Source of the DNA: Candidatus Aminicenantes bacterium
GTDB taxonomy: Bacteria > Acidobacteriota > Aminicenantia > Aminicenantales > UBA4085
Reading direction: 5' to 3'
Assembly: GCA_003141555.1 (NCBI GenBank)
Contig: PLMN01000023.1
Coordinates: 79,916 to 143,915 of the forward strand
Length of the DNA stretch: 64,000 nt
The notes beneath the pieces are model-generated. The model saw nothing but the letters and a program-made list of their open reading frames with translations, had not been told where the DNA came from and made no database searches. The first letter of the stretch is position 1. Every line of letters begins with the position of its first letter. Shown one piece after another: positions 10,301 through 17,736 of the stretch. A program made the position numbers and the translations under genes.

Positions 10301-10504
10301 CGGTTGTGGTGGGGCGACATTTATGCGCGAAGCCACTACCAGTTGGGATGCCTCTATCAGAAAAAAGGATCCTCGGCGGAAGCGGTGTCCCATTTCGAGA
10401 AGTTCCTCGAGCTATGGAAAAACGCCGACCCCGGCCTGCCGGAGATTGAAGATGCGAAAAAACAGGTAGCCCTTCTCAAGAAAGGGCCGCCGCCTTGGTC
10501 TTGA
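7397..10504 (+). CDS. Zinc-ribbon / Ser-Thr protein kinase / TM / TPR-repeat protein (kinase 1)
   Basis: N-terminal CPHCHAPNPANGSFCNKCG zinc ribbon. Hanks kinase motifs (VALK; HRDLKPQNIMID; DFGLAK; GTPPYFSPE). TM helix around FGRAALAGGLILAFMIGVYF. Long C-terminal TPR array. Alternative start ATG 7382 overlaps the predicted -10. Markedly lower GC than flanking genes. Confidence 0.85.
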   Translation: MGDIVDNIPCPHCHAPNPANGSFCNKCGKAMDNRPATLTYPPSFQTTLREELSFSPGESFGKRYRIIEEIGRGGMGRVYKAQDLDLGITVALKMIQPKYSSSRTMIEQFKKETLLARSISQENVVRTYDFGEINHIKYISMDYIKGGNLSDLIQTSGRLSLETCLRIMVQICEALKAAHHKGIIHRDLKPQNIMIDRSGKVYVTDFGLAKSLAAQETPGFKKVYGTPPYFSPEQARGEDADERSDIYSLGVILFEMITGQLPFQAKTIEGYIQRHTSENAVSPSKINPGIPAPLEKIIMTCLEKKKENRYQSVDALLKDLDVQKNAYEQSYAKTRRKRFGRAALAGGLILAFMIGVYFISLKKRAAGPAASQERRTAVAVLYAVNTSEDRELNQYRWVITDLMITGLAQSKYLSLLPMDRLIQILTKMKQQDAGQHVSETLDKIGSAENVEYFILPSLVKAGGNLWISAKIRKAGDKGIVDTTKVQGKLEDLLTMVEDLNTQVKSKLVSSAEDIAGDYHQDLGKITTTSLEALGYYVEGERLYALEDFKGSVRALEEAVKLDANYGLAYWKLAENYDYLGSTDLANKNLEKALALLDRFSVRDRYLVRGYAAIHLDEPPAKAIESYKKLLALYPNDEMGLAYLGSLYRNMEEWEAALEQFEKILKINQRFQFAYVNLAFIYTAKGWYAKALDLIQASERIFPEMQFFPKQMSLIYLVQGRFDEAAALVQKALTRAPDDNASLEFYGIIEHLRGNFVSARNIYEQLRKREEGTGGLRGQIWMGLLYLLQGEFHQSEGEFQEGLKIAHRLKMEDEELEFRRLQAYLYLQRKRFAEAAETVGALVTICKNAKRSDFLKSALLLQGIIELGLGRIEEAKNTSRQLRQVIEKIGCPKYMRYSYYLLGKIALTEGRPAEALDDLGKALAFLPHQREQRDEHAFFMEVLAEAFEQAGDLGKATETYQNILTLTTGRLWWGDIYARSHYQLGCLYQKKGSSAEAVSHFEKFLELWKNADPGLPEIEDAKKQVALLKKGPPPWS

Positions 10505-11651
10505 GGAACCGCTTTCTCTTTTTGTTTTCGAACCCACTTATGAAAAGCTCTCTTTCTCTCCTCATCAGCCCCGCCATCCGGCACGTCTGAGGAGTGATCT
10601 TGCCGATCGCCCGACTGGATAAGGCGGCCACGACGGGACAGACCCGGCACGATTCGACCTCCTCGCACATGACGCAACGCCTCCCTGGCGTATAAAAATT
10701 GTCCATTGCCAAACCGGCGATGGCCGTAATGGTTCGGGCGTAGATCGCCTTAGGATCGCGGAGGAATGAATCGACCTTTCCAAAACCATATTTTCCCCTC
10801 TCGAGTTCCCCCTCTCTCCCATCGAAATAATGAGGGAAGAGGAAACATCCCCAAAGGTTTCCATCCGCCGCCAAGGCCATCCGGTCCTGACCTGCGGCGC
10901 AACTGAAGACGGCTTTCTTATGCGTTCTTTTCATATCATCCCAGGGGATATCTTCGAGCCGCTCATACGTTGCGAGGAAAAATTTTCGGACGGCTGCGAT
11001 CTCCTTTTTCATGCGGACCAGGGAGGATGGCGTCCATCGCCGTTGGGAGGAGAAGCCGATCCGGATCTTGCGAACGTCGAGGTGGATGATAAGCTCGATG
11101 GATTTCGATAAGAGCCCGACCGTCTCTGCCGTGAAGACGCTGTTCGTTTCGAGCGATATCCTCCGCCGTTTCAACATCTCGGGGATAAGCGAAATGAAGT
11201 AATCAAAGGTGCCTTTTTTTCTGGAAACGTCCTGGGCCCAACCGTCGAAGCTTAAGAGGAGGGAAAACGCGTGTTCGTCCAGGAACTGCAGAATTTCCTC
11301 GGTCAGGAGACTGCCGTTGGTGGTAATGGCGTAATGGATCTTGCGCTTTCGCGCCCGGTTCAGACGTTCGAGATAAGCGACCGTTTCGCTGATTTGATCG
11401 AAGGCCAGAAGAGGTTCCCCGCCGTAAAAATTGATATAACACTCCTCCGTCAGGCACGGCCAGAAAAAATCAAGCGCCTTCTTGATCGTCCGGATGTCCA
11501 GCCACCGATCCGCTTTTTTCTGATAACAATACGAACAACGAAAATTGCAGCGGTCGGTCAGGATGATCGTGAAGGCAGAAAACTCCCTCTTGTTTGGATC
11601 GCCGCCGCGAATTGCGTTGATTTGCTCAGAGAGGAACGCTCGCTCCTCCAT
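10476..11651 (-). CDS. Radical SAM enzyme with C-terminal SPASM domain (anSME/peptide-maturase class)
   Basis: CNFRCSYCYQ is a CxxxCxxC near the N-terminus. C-terminal Cys-rich SPASM pattern (CAAGQDRM...GCFLF...CVMCEEVESCRVCPVVA...C). GGCGGAG RBS. ATG at 11651 lies 23 nt downstream of the small ORF's stop. Confidence 0.9.
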   Translation of the reverse strand: MEERAFLSEQINAIRGGDPNKREFSAFTIILTDRCNFRCSYCYQKKADRWLDIRTIKKALDFFWPCLTEECYINFYGGEPLLAFDQISETVAYLERLNRARKRKIHYAITTNGSLLTEEILQFLDEHAFSLLLSFDGWAQDVSRKKGTFDYFISLIPEMLKRRRISLETNSVFTAETVGLLSKSIELIIHLDVRKIRIGFSSQRRWTPSSLVRMKKEIAAVRKFFLATYERLEDIPWDDMKRTHKKAVFSCAAGQDRMALAADGNLWGCFLFPHYFDGREGELERGKYGFGKVDSFLRDPKAIYARTITAIAGLAMDNFYTPGRRCVMCEEVESCRVCPVVAALSSRAIGKITPQTCRMAGLMRRERELFISGFENKKRKRFLKTKAAALS

Positions 11652-11674
11652 CTCCGCCGAAGATCAACTAAGCT

Positions 11675-11875
11675 TCAACCGCTTATGCTCGGGATTAGCC
11701 CTGTACACTGAATGCCTTCCGGGCCATAGAGGACTTGGATGATTTCATCTAGTGCCTTTCTCGCCAAATCCAGCTCTCCCGCCTGCGCCGGCTTCACTTT
11801 GACACCATCCAGGAACGCGTCAAGTCTTTTAAAACAGAGAGGCAGGTTCGGCGTTTCGACTACTTTCTTTTTCAT
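11675..11875 (-). CDS. 66-aa small peptide directly upstream of the SPASM radical-SAM gene: candidate RiPP precursor
   Basis: Sequence MKKKVVETPNLPLCFKRLDAFLDGVKVKPAQAGELDLARKALDEIIQVLYGPEGIQCTGLIPSISG. AAGGAGGGG RBS 4 nt before the ATG; own promoter-like element upstream. Low GC like the maturase. Confidence 0.5.
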   Translation of the reverse strand: MKKKVVETPNLPLCFKRLDAFLDGVKVKPAQAGELDLARKALDEIIQVLYGPEGIQCTGLIPSISG

Positions 11876-11908
11876 AACCCCTCCTTATCAAGGAAAAATA
11901 CTTTTTCT

Positions 11909-11940
11909 ATTATAGTTAAACAAAAAAAATTCTAAGTCAA
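11909..11940 (-). promoter_or_regulatory. Promoter-like element for the small peptide gene: TTGACT-N20-TATAAT (minus strand), in an AT-rich intergenic region
   Basis: Consensus -10 TATAAT (revcomp of 11909-11914) and TTGACT (revcomp of 11935-11940). The spacer is longer than optimal. Confidence 0.35.
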
Positions 11941-12007
11941 ATGGAATTTCAGCGGAAACGAAGACTGTTTTTTGGCTTTGTCAGGCGCTTCGGCGTCGCG
12001 ATGACCG

Positions 12008-13219
12008 CTATGTTTTCCACAGCGTAAGCGCTGGGTCGGGCAGAAAAACGCCCGACCGCGCCTCATCGATCATCTGGGCCACGAGCAGGTTCCAGCTGAT
12101 AAAATCGGGCGCGGCGAGCGGCGCGCCGGTGTCGCCGTGGTAATTCTCATGCATCATCCCATTCCTCTCGAGATCGGCGAGGCAGAGGCGCGTGACGCGC
12201 ACCGCGACGTCCAGCGCCTCGGGGCGATATCCGTAGCGCATCAAGGCGTGCATGAACATCCAGTTGGCGTGCGGCCAGATCGGCCCCTGCCAGTTCGAGT
12301 AGGGCTTGATCACGTTCTCGTTGTTATAAGCGGGGTCGTCGGCAGCGAGCGAACGGATCCCATACGGCGACCACAACTCGCGCGGCTGGAGGACGTGGCG
12401 CTCGATCATGGCCCGCCCCTGCTCCGGCGAGGCCAGCCCCGCCCAGAGCGGGACCATGTCGCTGTAGGTGACGTTCCGGGCCAGCACCCGCTCGACCGCA
12501 TCATAATCCGAATAGATCGGCGCCTCGTCGACCCACAGATGCGTTTGGATCGCCGCGGCCAGCCGCGCGGCGCGCTCCTTGAACGCGGCCGCTTCGGCCG
12601 CCTTCCCCAATTTCGCCGCGATCTCGGCCATCGCCCGGTAGTCGAGGACCATGAAGGCGTTGACGTCGGCCGCGGCCATGCTGTTGTGATAGCGCCGCAC
12701 CAGGACCGCGTTGTTGTCCGCGCCCGATTCCAATCCGTCCCACCACTTGACCAGCCCGGTCACCGCGTCGCTCATCTTCCGCTCGCGGTAGGTGACGCAG
12801 GCCGCCATCTTGTCCCAGACGGGCGCGATCCAGCCAAAATCGCCCAGCGCGGCGGACGCGTAGAACGCGGCTTGGCCCATGAGCGGCTTGATGTGGTAGA
12901 GGCGCGCGTCGCGGCCCGCCCAGGGCCGGATGCCGCCCGGCGTCTGGCCGTCCGGCTCGGTGTAGCGCAGGAAATTGAGGCACCAGTTGCGCAGATAGAC
13001 GCCGTCCGCCCGGTCGTGCGAAATCAGATGGAGCCCGACGAAGAACGCGTCCCAGTCCCATTGCTCCTCGTAGACGCCGCTCGGGACGATGTAATCGTAA
13101 GGCAAGGCGCCGTTGGCCTTGCGTAGCACCCGCGTCCGCAATCCGCCGATCTTTTCGCGCGCCGCGGCCGCGAGCCCGTCCAACTCGGCTTCGGAATATG
13201 ACCCTTGATGATCCGTCAT
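12008..13219 (-). CDS. (alpha/alpha)6-barrel glycoside hydrolase, GH63/GH37-like (mannosyl-/glucosylglycerate hydrolase or amylo-1,6-glucosidase-like)
   Basis: WQGPIWPHANWMFMHALMRYGY and other six-hairpin glycosidase features. ATG 13219 has a GGGAGA RBS; the ORF track extends to a TTG at 13276, abutting the methyltransferase stop. Confidence 0.75.
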   Translation of the reverse strand: MTDHQGSYSEAELDGLAAAAREKIGGLRTRVLRKANGALPYDYIVPSGVYEEQWDWDAFFVGLHLISHDRADGVYLRNWCLNFLRYTEPDGQTPGGIRPWAGRDARLYHIKPLMGQAAFYASAALGDFGWIAPVWDKMAACVTYRERKMSDAVTGLVKWWDGLESGADNNAVLVRRYHNSMAAADVNAFMVLDYRAMAEIAAKLGKAAEAAAFKERAARLAAAIQTHLWVDEAPIYSDYDAVERVLARNVTYSDMVPLWAGLASPEQGRAMIERHVLQPRELWSPYGIRSLAADDPAYNNENVIKPYSNWQGPIWPHANWMFMHALMRYGYRPEALDVAVRVTRLCLADLERNGMMHENYHGDTGAPLAAPDFISWNLLVAQMIDEARSGVFLPDPALTLWKT

Positions 13220-13277
13220 GAGGATGTCTCCCGCTTTCCTGCTCGAGCCCGTAGCGCCCAACCGGCCGCCCGGCAAG

Positions 13278-14090
13278 CTAGCCTTTCTTTGCGATCGCCA
13301 GCAGGTGGTAGCTCGCGCCGAGGAGGCTTTCCTCCTCTTCGACGCGCTTCATATACTTGAGGGCGAATTCGTAACAGGCATCCTTCCTGTCGAGCCAGCC
13401 GTTGAGCTCGCTCATGAGCCCGACCGGCCCCTCGACGCCGATCAGCTTCTCGCAGGCCAGGCCGGCCCCGACGATCTCCTCGCGAAGCTCCGCCGGCTGG
13501 TGGAAATAGGCCGTCGTCCAGTAATCCTTGTCCGGGGCGATGTTCTCGTGCCTCCCGTCCCGAAGGTCCCGGTCCACGATCGCTTCGAATCTCGGGTCAT
13601 CCAGGAGATTCAGCTGGAATCCGCTGAAGAGCGAGCCGAAACGCGAGATGGCCGCGCAGAATACCCGGCCGCCCGGTTTCAGCACCCGGGCGCTCTCCCT
13701 CAGAACCCGCTCTCGATCCGCCCGCTCCTGGAGGTGATAGAGCGGTCCCATCAGCAGGACTAAATCGGCGAAGCCGTCGGGATACGGCAGCGAACGGGCG
13801 TCGCCGATCTCCATCGATTCGAGCGCGATCGACAGTTCGCGGGCCCGCGCCCGGGCGGTCTCGATGTGCGCGGGGACGAGATCGCGGAGGTGGACGCGGT
13901 GCCCCAGCCCGGCCAGCCAGAAGGCGTAGGCGCCGGTGGCGCCCGCCACATCCGCGATCACGAGCGGGCCCGCCGTCAAATACCGCCCGATGATCTCCTT
14001 GGTCCGGACGAACTCGAACCGGGCGACGGTCGAGAGGCGGGCATCCTCGATCTTCTCTTTTTCGTAATATTCGACGATTCTTCGACTCAT
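13278..14090 (-). CDS. Class I SAM-dependent methyltransferase
   Basis: Motif I VIADVAGATGAYAFWLAGLG; methyltransferase type-11-like fold; 270 aa. Confidence 0.85.
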   Translation of the reverse strand: MSRRIVEYYEKEKIEDARLSTVARFEFVRTKEIIGRYLTAGPLVIADVAGATGAYAFWLAGLGHRVHLRDLVPAHIETARARARELSIALESMEIGDARSLPYPDGFADLVLLMGPLYHLQERADRERVLRESARVLKPGGRVFCAAISRFGSLFSGFQLNLLDDPRFEAIVDRDLRDGRHENIAPDKDYWTTAYFHQPAELREEIVGAGLACEKLIGVEGPVGLMSELNGWLDRKDACYEFALKYMKRVEEEESLLGASYHLLAIAKKG

Positions 14091-14256
14091 GGCCTTTTTA
14101 ATATCTCAAAGCCCGCCCCGTTTTTCAATCACATAATCTTTACAATTTCTTGACATCTCTTTAACAACTCCCGATCCCCCTTCGGCTATCGTGTCATCGG
14201 GAGCCCAAAATGACGCAACAAGCCGCGCGCCGGAATTACCCGGCGAGGAGGGGATC

Positions 14257-15498
14257 ATGAAGAACATCCTGAAGCGAATCGCCATCCTGTTTCTCACGTC
14301 GGCCGCCGCTCTCTCGGCGGCCGTCCAAGAACCCGGCCCGACGCCAGGCCGGACATCGGCCGCGCCGGACCGCCTGTTCAGCCAGGTCGTCCTCCGCCTC
14401 CGGGATGGGCGTTTCGTGACGGGGCTGCTTCTCGGCTTCGAAGATGACGCCATCGTCCTCCGCGTCGGGAAAAACGACGTCAAGACTCCTCGAACCGACC
14501 TGGCCCAGGTCACCATCGAGCGAGAAAGAAAGGCCACCGGATTTCTGCTCAACGGCATGCTGCTCGGATTCCTGGCCGGAAATCTATTTTTTTCCCACGG
14601 CAGCGGCAATCCGACCGGCTATGTCGGGTATGGGTCCGCGTTCAGCGCTTTCCTCTCGAACGTGGTCTATTTGGGCGCGGGCGGAGCCGTCGGCTATCTG
14701 GCCGGCCTGATCGGCGATCCCACGCACGTCCTATTCACCTTTCCGGACCTCGCCCCCGAGCGCAACGCAGAATGGGAAAGCCTGAAGAAATATGCCCTCG
14801 CCGGCGACACCGCCGCCGGCAACGACGCCCGGTGGCGCCTGTCTGTCCAATCGGCCTACGTGTTTCCCAGGGTGTCGAGCCGTTATCGAAGCGTGATCCG
14901 GGCCGCCGGCTACGAGACCTTCGACCAATACTACGGCTCCTGGGCGGATTCGAACCTCGCCATTTTGCGCCGCGTCGGCCTGTCCTACGCCGCGGGCAAG
15001 CGCCTCGAAATCGGCGCATCGATCATGCCCTTGGGAGAGCGGAGCAACTACGGCTGGAGCTACGAATCCTCGAGCGACAACGCCTGGGCTGAACGGCAGG
15101 TCGAACAATCTCTGTCGGGAACGGGCTATTATCTGACCGGGAGCTGGCAGGTCCTGGATTCGAAAGCCGCGGGCGGCGTGCATTGGAAGATCGGCGGGGG
15201 TCTGGGCGCGGCTCACGTCCGCTTCGGCATGACCGGCAGCGGCGAATCCTACAGCAACGATCCTTACTATTTCAACACGTTCGAATATTCGATCTCCGTC
15301 TCCAAGACGGTCGCCGGCGGCCTGGCGTTCACGGAATTCGATTGCCGCCTTTATGGCGGAATTTCCCTGGGCGTGATGGCCGATTTTGCCGTCACCATGC
15401 CGGTGTCCATTCCCGGGATTCCGGCGGCCGGCATCCCCGCTCAAAAGCTGCCTATCGGCAACGGCTCCCTGGGAATCGGTATCACTTGGATTTTTTAG
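14257..15498 (+). CDS. Secreted hypothetical protein (signal peptide; N-terminal beta-module + glycine-zipper hydrophobic segment; C-terminal aromatic residue, beta-barrel-like)
   Basis: GAGGAGGGG RBS. MKNILKRIAILFLTSAAALSAA signal peptide. Ends ...GIGITWIF. Confidence 0.7.
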   Translation: MKNILKRIAILFLTSAAALSAAVQEPGPTPGRTSAAPDRLFSQVVLRLRDGRFVTGLLLGFEDDAIVLRVGKNDVKTPRTDLAQVTIERERKATGFLLNGMLLGFLAGNLFFSHGSGNPTGYVGYGSAFSAFLSNVVYLGAGGAVGYLAGLIGDPTHVLFTFPDLAPERNAEWESLKKYALAGDTAAGNDARWRLSVQSAYVFPRVSSRYRSVIRAAGYETFDQYYGSWADSNLAILRRVGLSYAAGKRLEIGASIMPLGERSNYGWSYESSSDNAWAERQVEQSLSGTGYYLTGSWQVLDSKAAGGVHWKIGGGLGAAHVRFGMTGSGESYSNDPYYFNTFEYSISVSKTVAGGLAFTEFDCRLYGGISLGVMADFAVTMPVSIPGIPAAGIPAQKLPIGNGSLGIGITWIF

Positions 15499-15513
15499 AT
15501 GAACGGAATAGCT

Positions 15514-15540
15514 GGCCCGCGGCATCCGAGGCCGCGGGCC
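15514..15540 (+). other. Intergenic stem-loop GGCCCGCGGC-7nt-GCCGCGGGCC with no U-tract (possible RNA processing/stability element)
   Basis: Perfect 10-bp inverted repeat between the stop at 15498 and the RBS of the next gene. Confidence 0.3.
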
Positions 15541-15551
15541 GAGGAGGAGCC

Positions 15552-16121
15552 ATGAAAAAGATCATTGCCGCGGCAACCCTGATCGCTCTCGTGAACCTGC
15601 TCACGGGCTGCGCGTCCACAGGAGGAACGGGCGACCTGTTCAACTCGTCCGGCGCCCCGCACGTGGACGTCCAGGCGGAGGATTTCCCGGAGCTGAGGTT
15701 CGTCACGACCGGCGGGGAATCCTTTCGGGGAAAGCTGACCCGGGTCGAGGGAGACATTGTGACCCTTAAACCCTTTCCCTATTGGAACATTCCGGACGTC
15801 CGGATCCCTCTGGACGACATTCATCAGATCGAGCTGACGGGATCCAAAAGCCACACCGACACCGGTTTCCTTGCGGGCTTCAGCGTCCTGTTCATCCCCG
15901 TAGGAGCCATCGGCGCGGCGAAGAGCAAATACGACGTCGACTTTTCAAATTGGCTGCTCGGAAGCGCGATTGTGGGCGCGGTCGGCGGGCTGCTCGGCCT
16001 GGTCATCGCCGCCGTCAGCGATACGGGGAAAACCTCGAAATTCAAATTCTACGCCATGTCCGCGCCGGAAAAAATAGCCGCGCTCCTGAAGATCATGGGC
16101 CGCGCCGGCTCGCGGCCCTGA
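15552..16121 (+). CDS. Lipoprotein, hypothetical (N-terminal beta-module + glycine-zipper segment)
   Basis: GAGGAGGAG RBS. Lipobox LLTGC. GxxxG-rich hydrophobic region GAIGAA...GAVGGLLGLVIAAV. Confidence 0.7.
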   Translation: MKKIIAAATLIALVNLLTGCASTGGTGDLFNSSGAPHVDVQAEDFPELRFVTTGGESFRGKLTRVEGDIVTLKPFPYWNIPDVRIPLDDIHQIELTGSKSHTDTGFLAGFSVLFIPVGAIGAAKSKYDVDFSNWLLGSAIVGAVGGLLGLVIAAVSDTGKTSKFKFYAMSAPEKIAALLKIMGRAGSRP

Positions 16122-16143
16122 AAGGCACGCAAGGAGAACCGCC

Positions 16144-17736
16144 ATGAACAAGAACCTCTGGAAAATTACCGCCCTCCTTCTCATCCCGGCCCTGGCCGTC
16201 GCCTGCGGGGGGGCCTTGGTCAACGTGGCGCCGGACGAATCGGCCCGGATCGCAGCCGCAAAATCCGTGACCGTCAGGACGACGGACGGCCGCGAATTGA
16301 CCTTCGGAAGCGCGAGGATCGAAAACGAAACGATCATCGGCGTCCTGGAAAACGGCGAGAAGATGGAGATCGCTTTCTCCGCCGTCCAAGCCGTCAAGGC
16401 CAAGGATCGCGGAGTAAATCTCACGATTCCCGTCTTGATCCTCGATTTCGCGGTCGCCGCCTGGCTGGGAATCGGCGCCGCGACCGCTCCCTCGCCGCCG
16501 CCGACCAATTCCTGCCCGCTGATCTATTCCTTCGACGGGCAGGCGTTCGTCCTCGAGGCCGAGCCCTACGGCGGGGCGGTCGTCAAGGGCCTGCAGCGGA
16601 CCGAATGGATCGGCCTCGACCGCCTGGCCGAGATCGGAGGCACCTTCAAGCTCCGCGCGGCCAACGATCTCAGCGAGTCCGAATACCTCGACGAGCTGAA
16701 GCTCGTGGTCGTGGACCACGCGCCCGGGGCGCGCGCCCTTCCCGACCCGAACGGACGCATCCACATCATCTCCGATCCTATCCCACCGTCGAGCGCCGTC
16801 ACGAAGGGCGGCCTCGATGTCCGCGCGGCTCTATCACAAAATGACCGCTCGTTCTGGGAGCCGGCTTATCCGGCGCCTTCCGCCGTCTCCTCCGCGCCCT
16901 CCCACCCCGCCGGCCCCGCCCCCTCGCCCGAGGAAATCGCCGAAGCCACGCCCATCGACTCGCTCCGCGACGAGCTGATCCTCGAATTCCCAAAGCCGGC
17001 CGGCGCCCGGACGGCCGCCCTCGTGGCCAACGCCTGGACGACATTCTGGGGATCGGACATCGCCAAAAGCATCATCTCGCTCCACGGCCGCGATCTGCCC
17101 CAATGGACGGCCGCGGTCAACGCCCACGGCCCCGAATATCGCGAGATCATGAGCTGGTTCCTGACCGAGGAGCTCTACATGCTCAAGGTCGAGGTCGAGA
17201 CCACGGCGGGCTGGAAGCCCAGGACCATGATTTTCGGCGGCGGACCCATCGTCGCCCGCGACAAGGCCTATCTGATGGACATCTCCGACGCGGCGGGCGG
17301 CACGCTGAAGCTCCGCCTCCGGCCGCCCGCCGGATTCTGGCGGTTCAATTCGTTCGCCATCGATTACGGCGATGCCGCGCCCCTGCGCGTCACGGAAATC
17401 GCCCCCGCCCGGGCCCGCGACGCCGCCGGGCGCGACGTCCGCCAGAACCTCGCGGCGAACGATGGGGACTATTTCGTCATGCCCCATACCGGGGACTACG
17501 CCGAGCTGCTGTTCGCGGCGCCCCCCGCTCCTACGCGGTCCGCGCGGAGCGTCATCCTCAAAGCGTCGGGCTACTACGATCCGCGTCTCTCCGCCGACGG
17601 CGAGCCGCGCCTTGATCTGCTCCGCCGGATCCACTCCGAGGCGGGCGCGACGCTGCGCTTCGCCTACGCGGAACATCTGAGGCGACTCGCGGCGGCCGCC
17701 GCGGCGCCCCCCGCACACGCACCCGCACTCCGATGA
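16144..17736 (+). CDS. Lipoprotein, hypothetical (530 aa); its stop overlaps the start of the downstream radical-SAM gene
   Basis: AAGGAGAA RBS. Lipobox LAVAC. ATGATGA overlap with the next gene at 17733. Confidence 0.7.
   Translation: MNKNLWKITALLLIPALAVACGGALVNVAPDESARIAAAKSVTVRTTDGRELTFGSARIENETIIGVLENGEKMEIAFSAVQAVKAKDRGVNLTIPVLILDFAVAAWLGIGAATAPSPPPTNSCPLIYSFDGQAFVLEAEPYGGAVVKGLQRTEWIGLDRLAEIGGTFKLRAANDLSESEYLDELKLVVVDHAPGARALPDPNGRIHIISDPIPPSSAVTKGGLDVRAALSQNDRSFWEPAYPAPSAVSSAPSHPAGPAPSPEEIAEATPIDSLRDELILEFPKPAGARTAALVANAWTTFWGSDIAKSIISLHGRDLPQWTAAVNAHGPEYREIMSWFLTEELYMLKVEVETTAGWKPRTMIFGGGPIVARDKAYLMDISDAAGGTLKLRLRPPAGFWRFNSFAIDYGDAAPLRVTEIAPARARDAAGRDVRQNLAANDGDYFVMPHTGDYAELLFAAPPAPTRSARSVILKASGYYDPRLSADGEPRLDLLRRIHSEAGATLRFAYAEHLRRLAAAAAAPPAHAPALR

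Noticed and set aside
10357-10677. 106-aa ORF bridging the kinase-1 3' end and the radical-SAM 3' end
   Set aside because: It overlaps two convergent well-supported genes, has no RBS, and has a low-complexity translation.
12033-12058. Hairpin GGTCGGGCG-TTTTTCT-GCCCGACC that looks like a terminator
   Set aside because: It lies inside the C-terminal coding region of the GH gene on its coding strand and has no downstream U-tract. It is probably just coding sequence.
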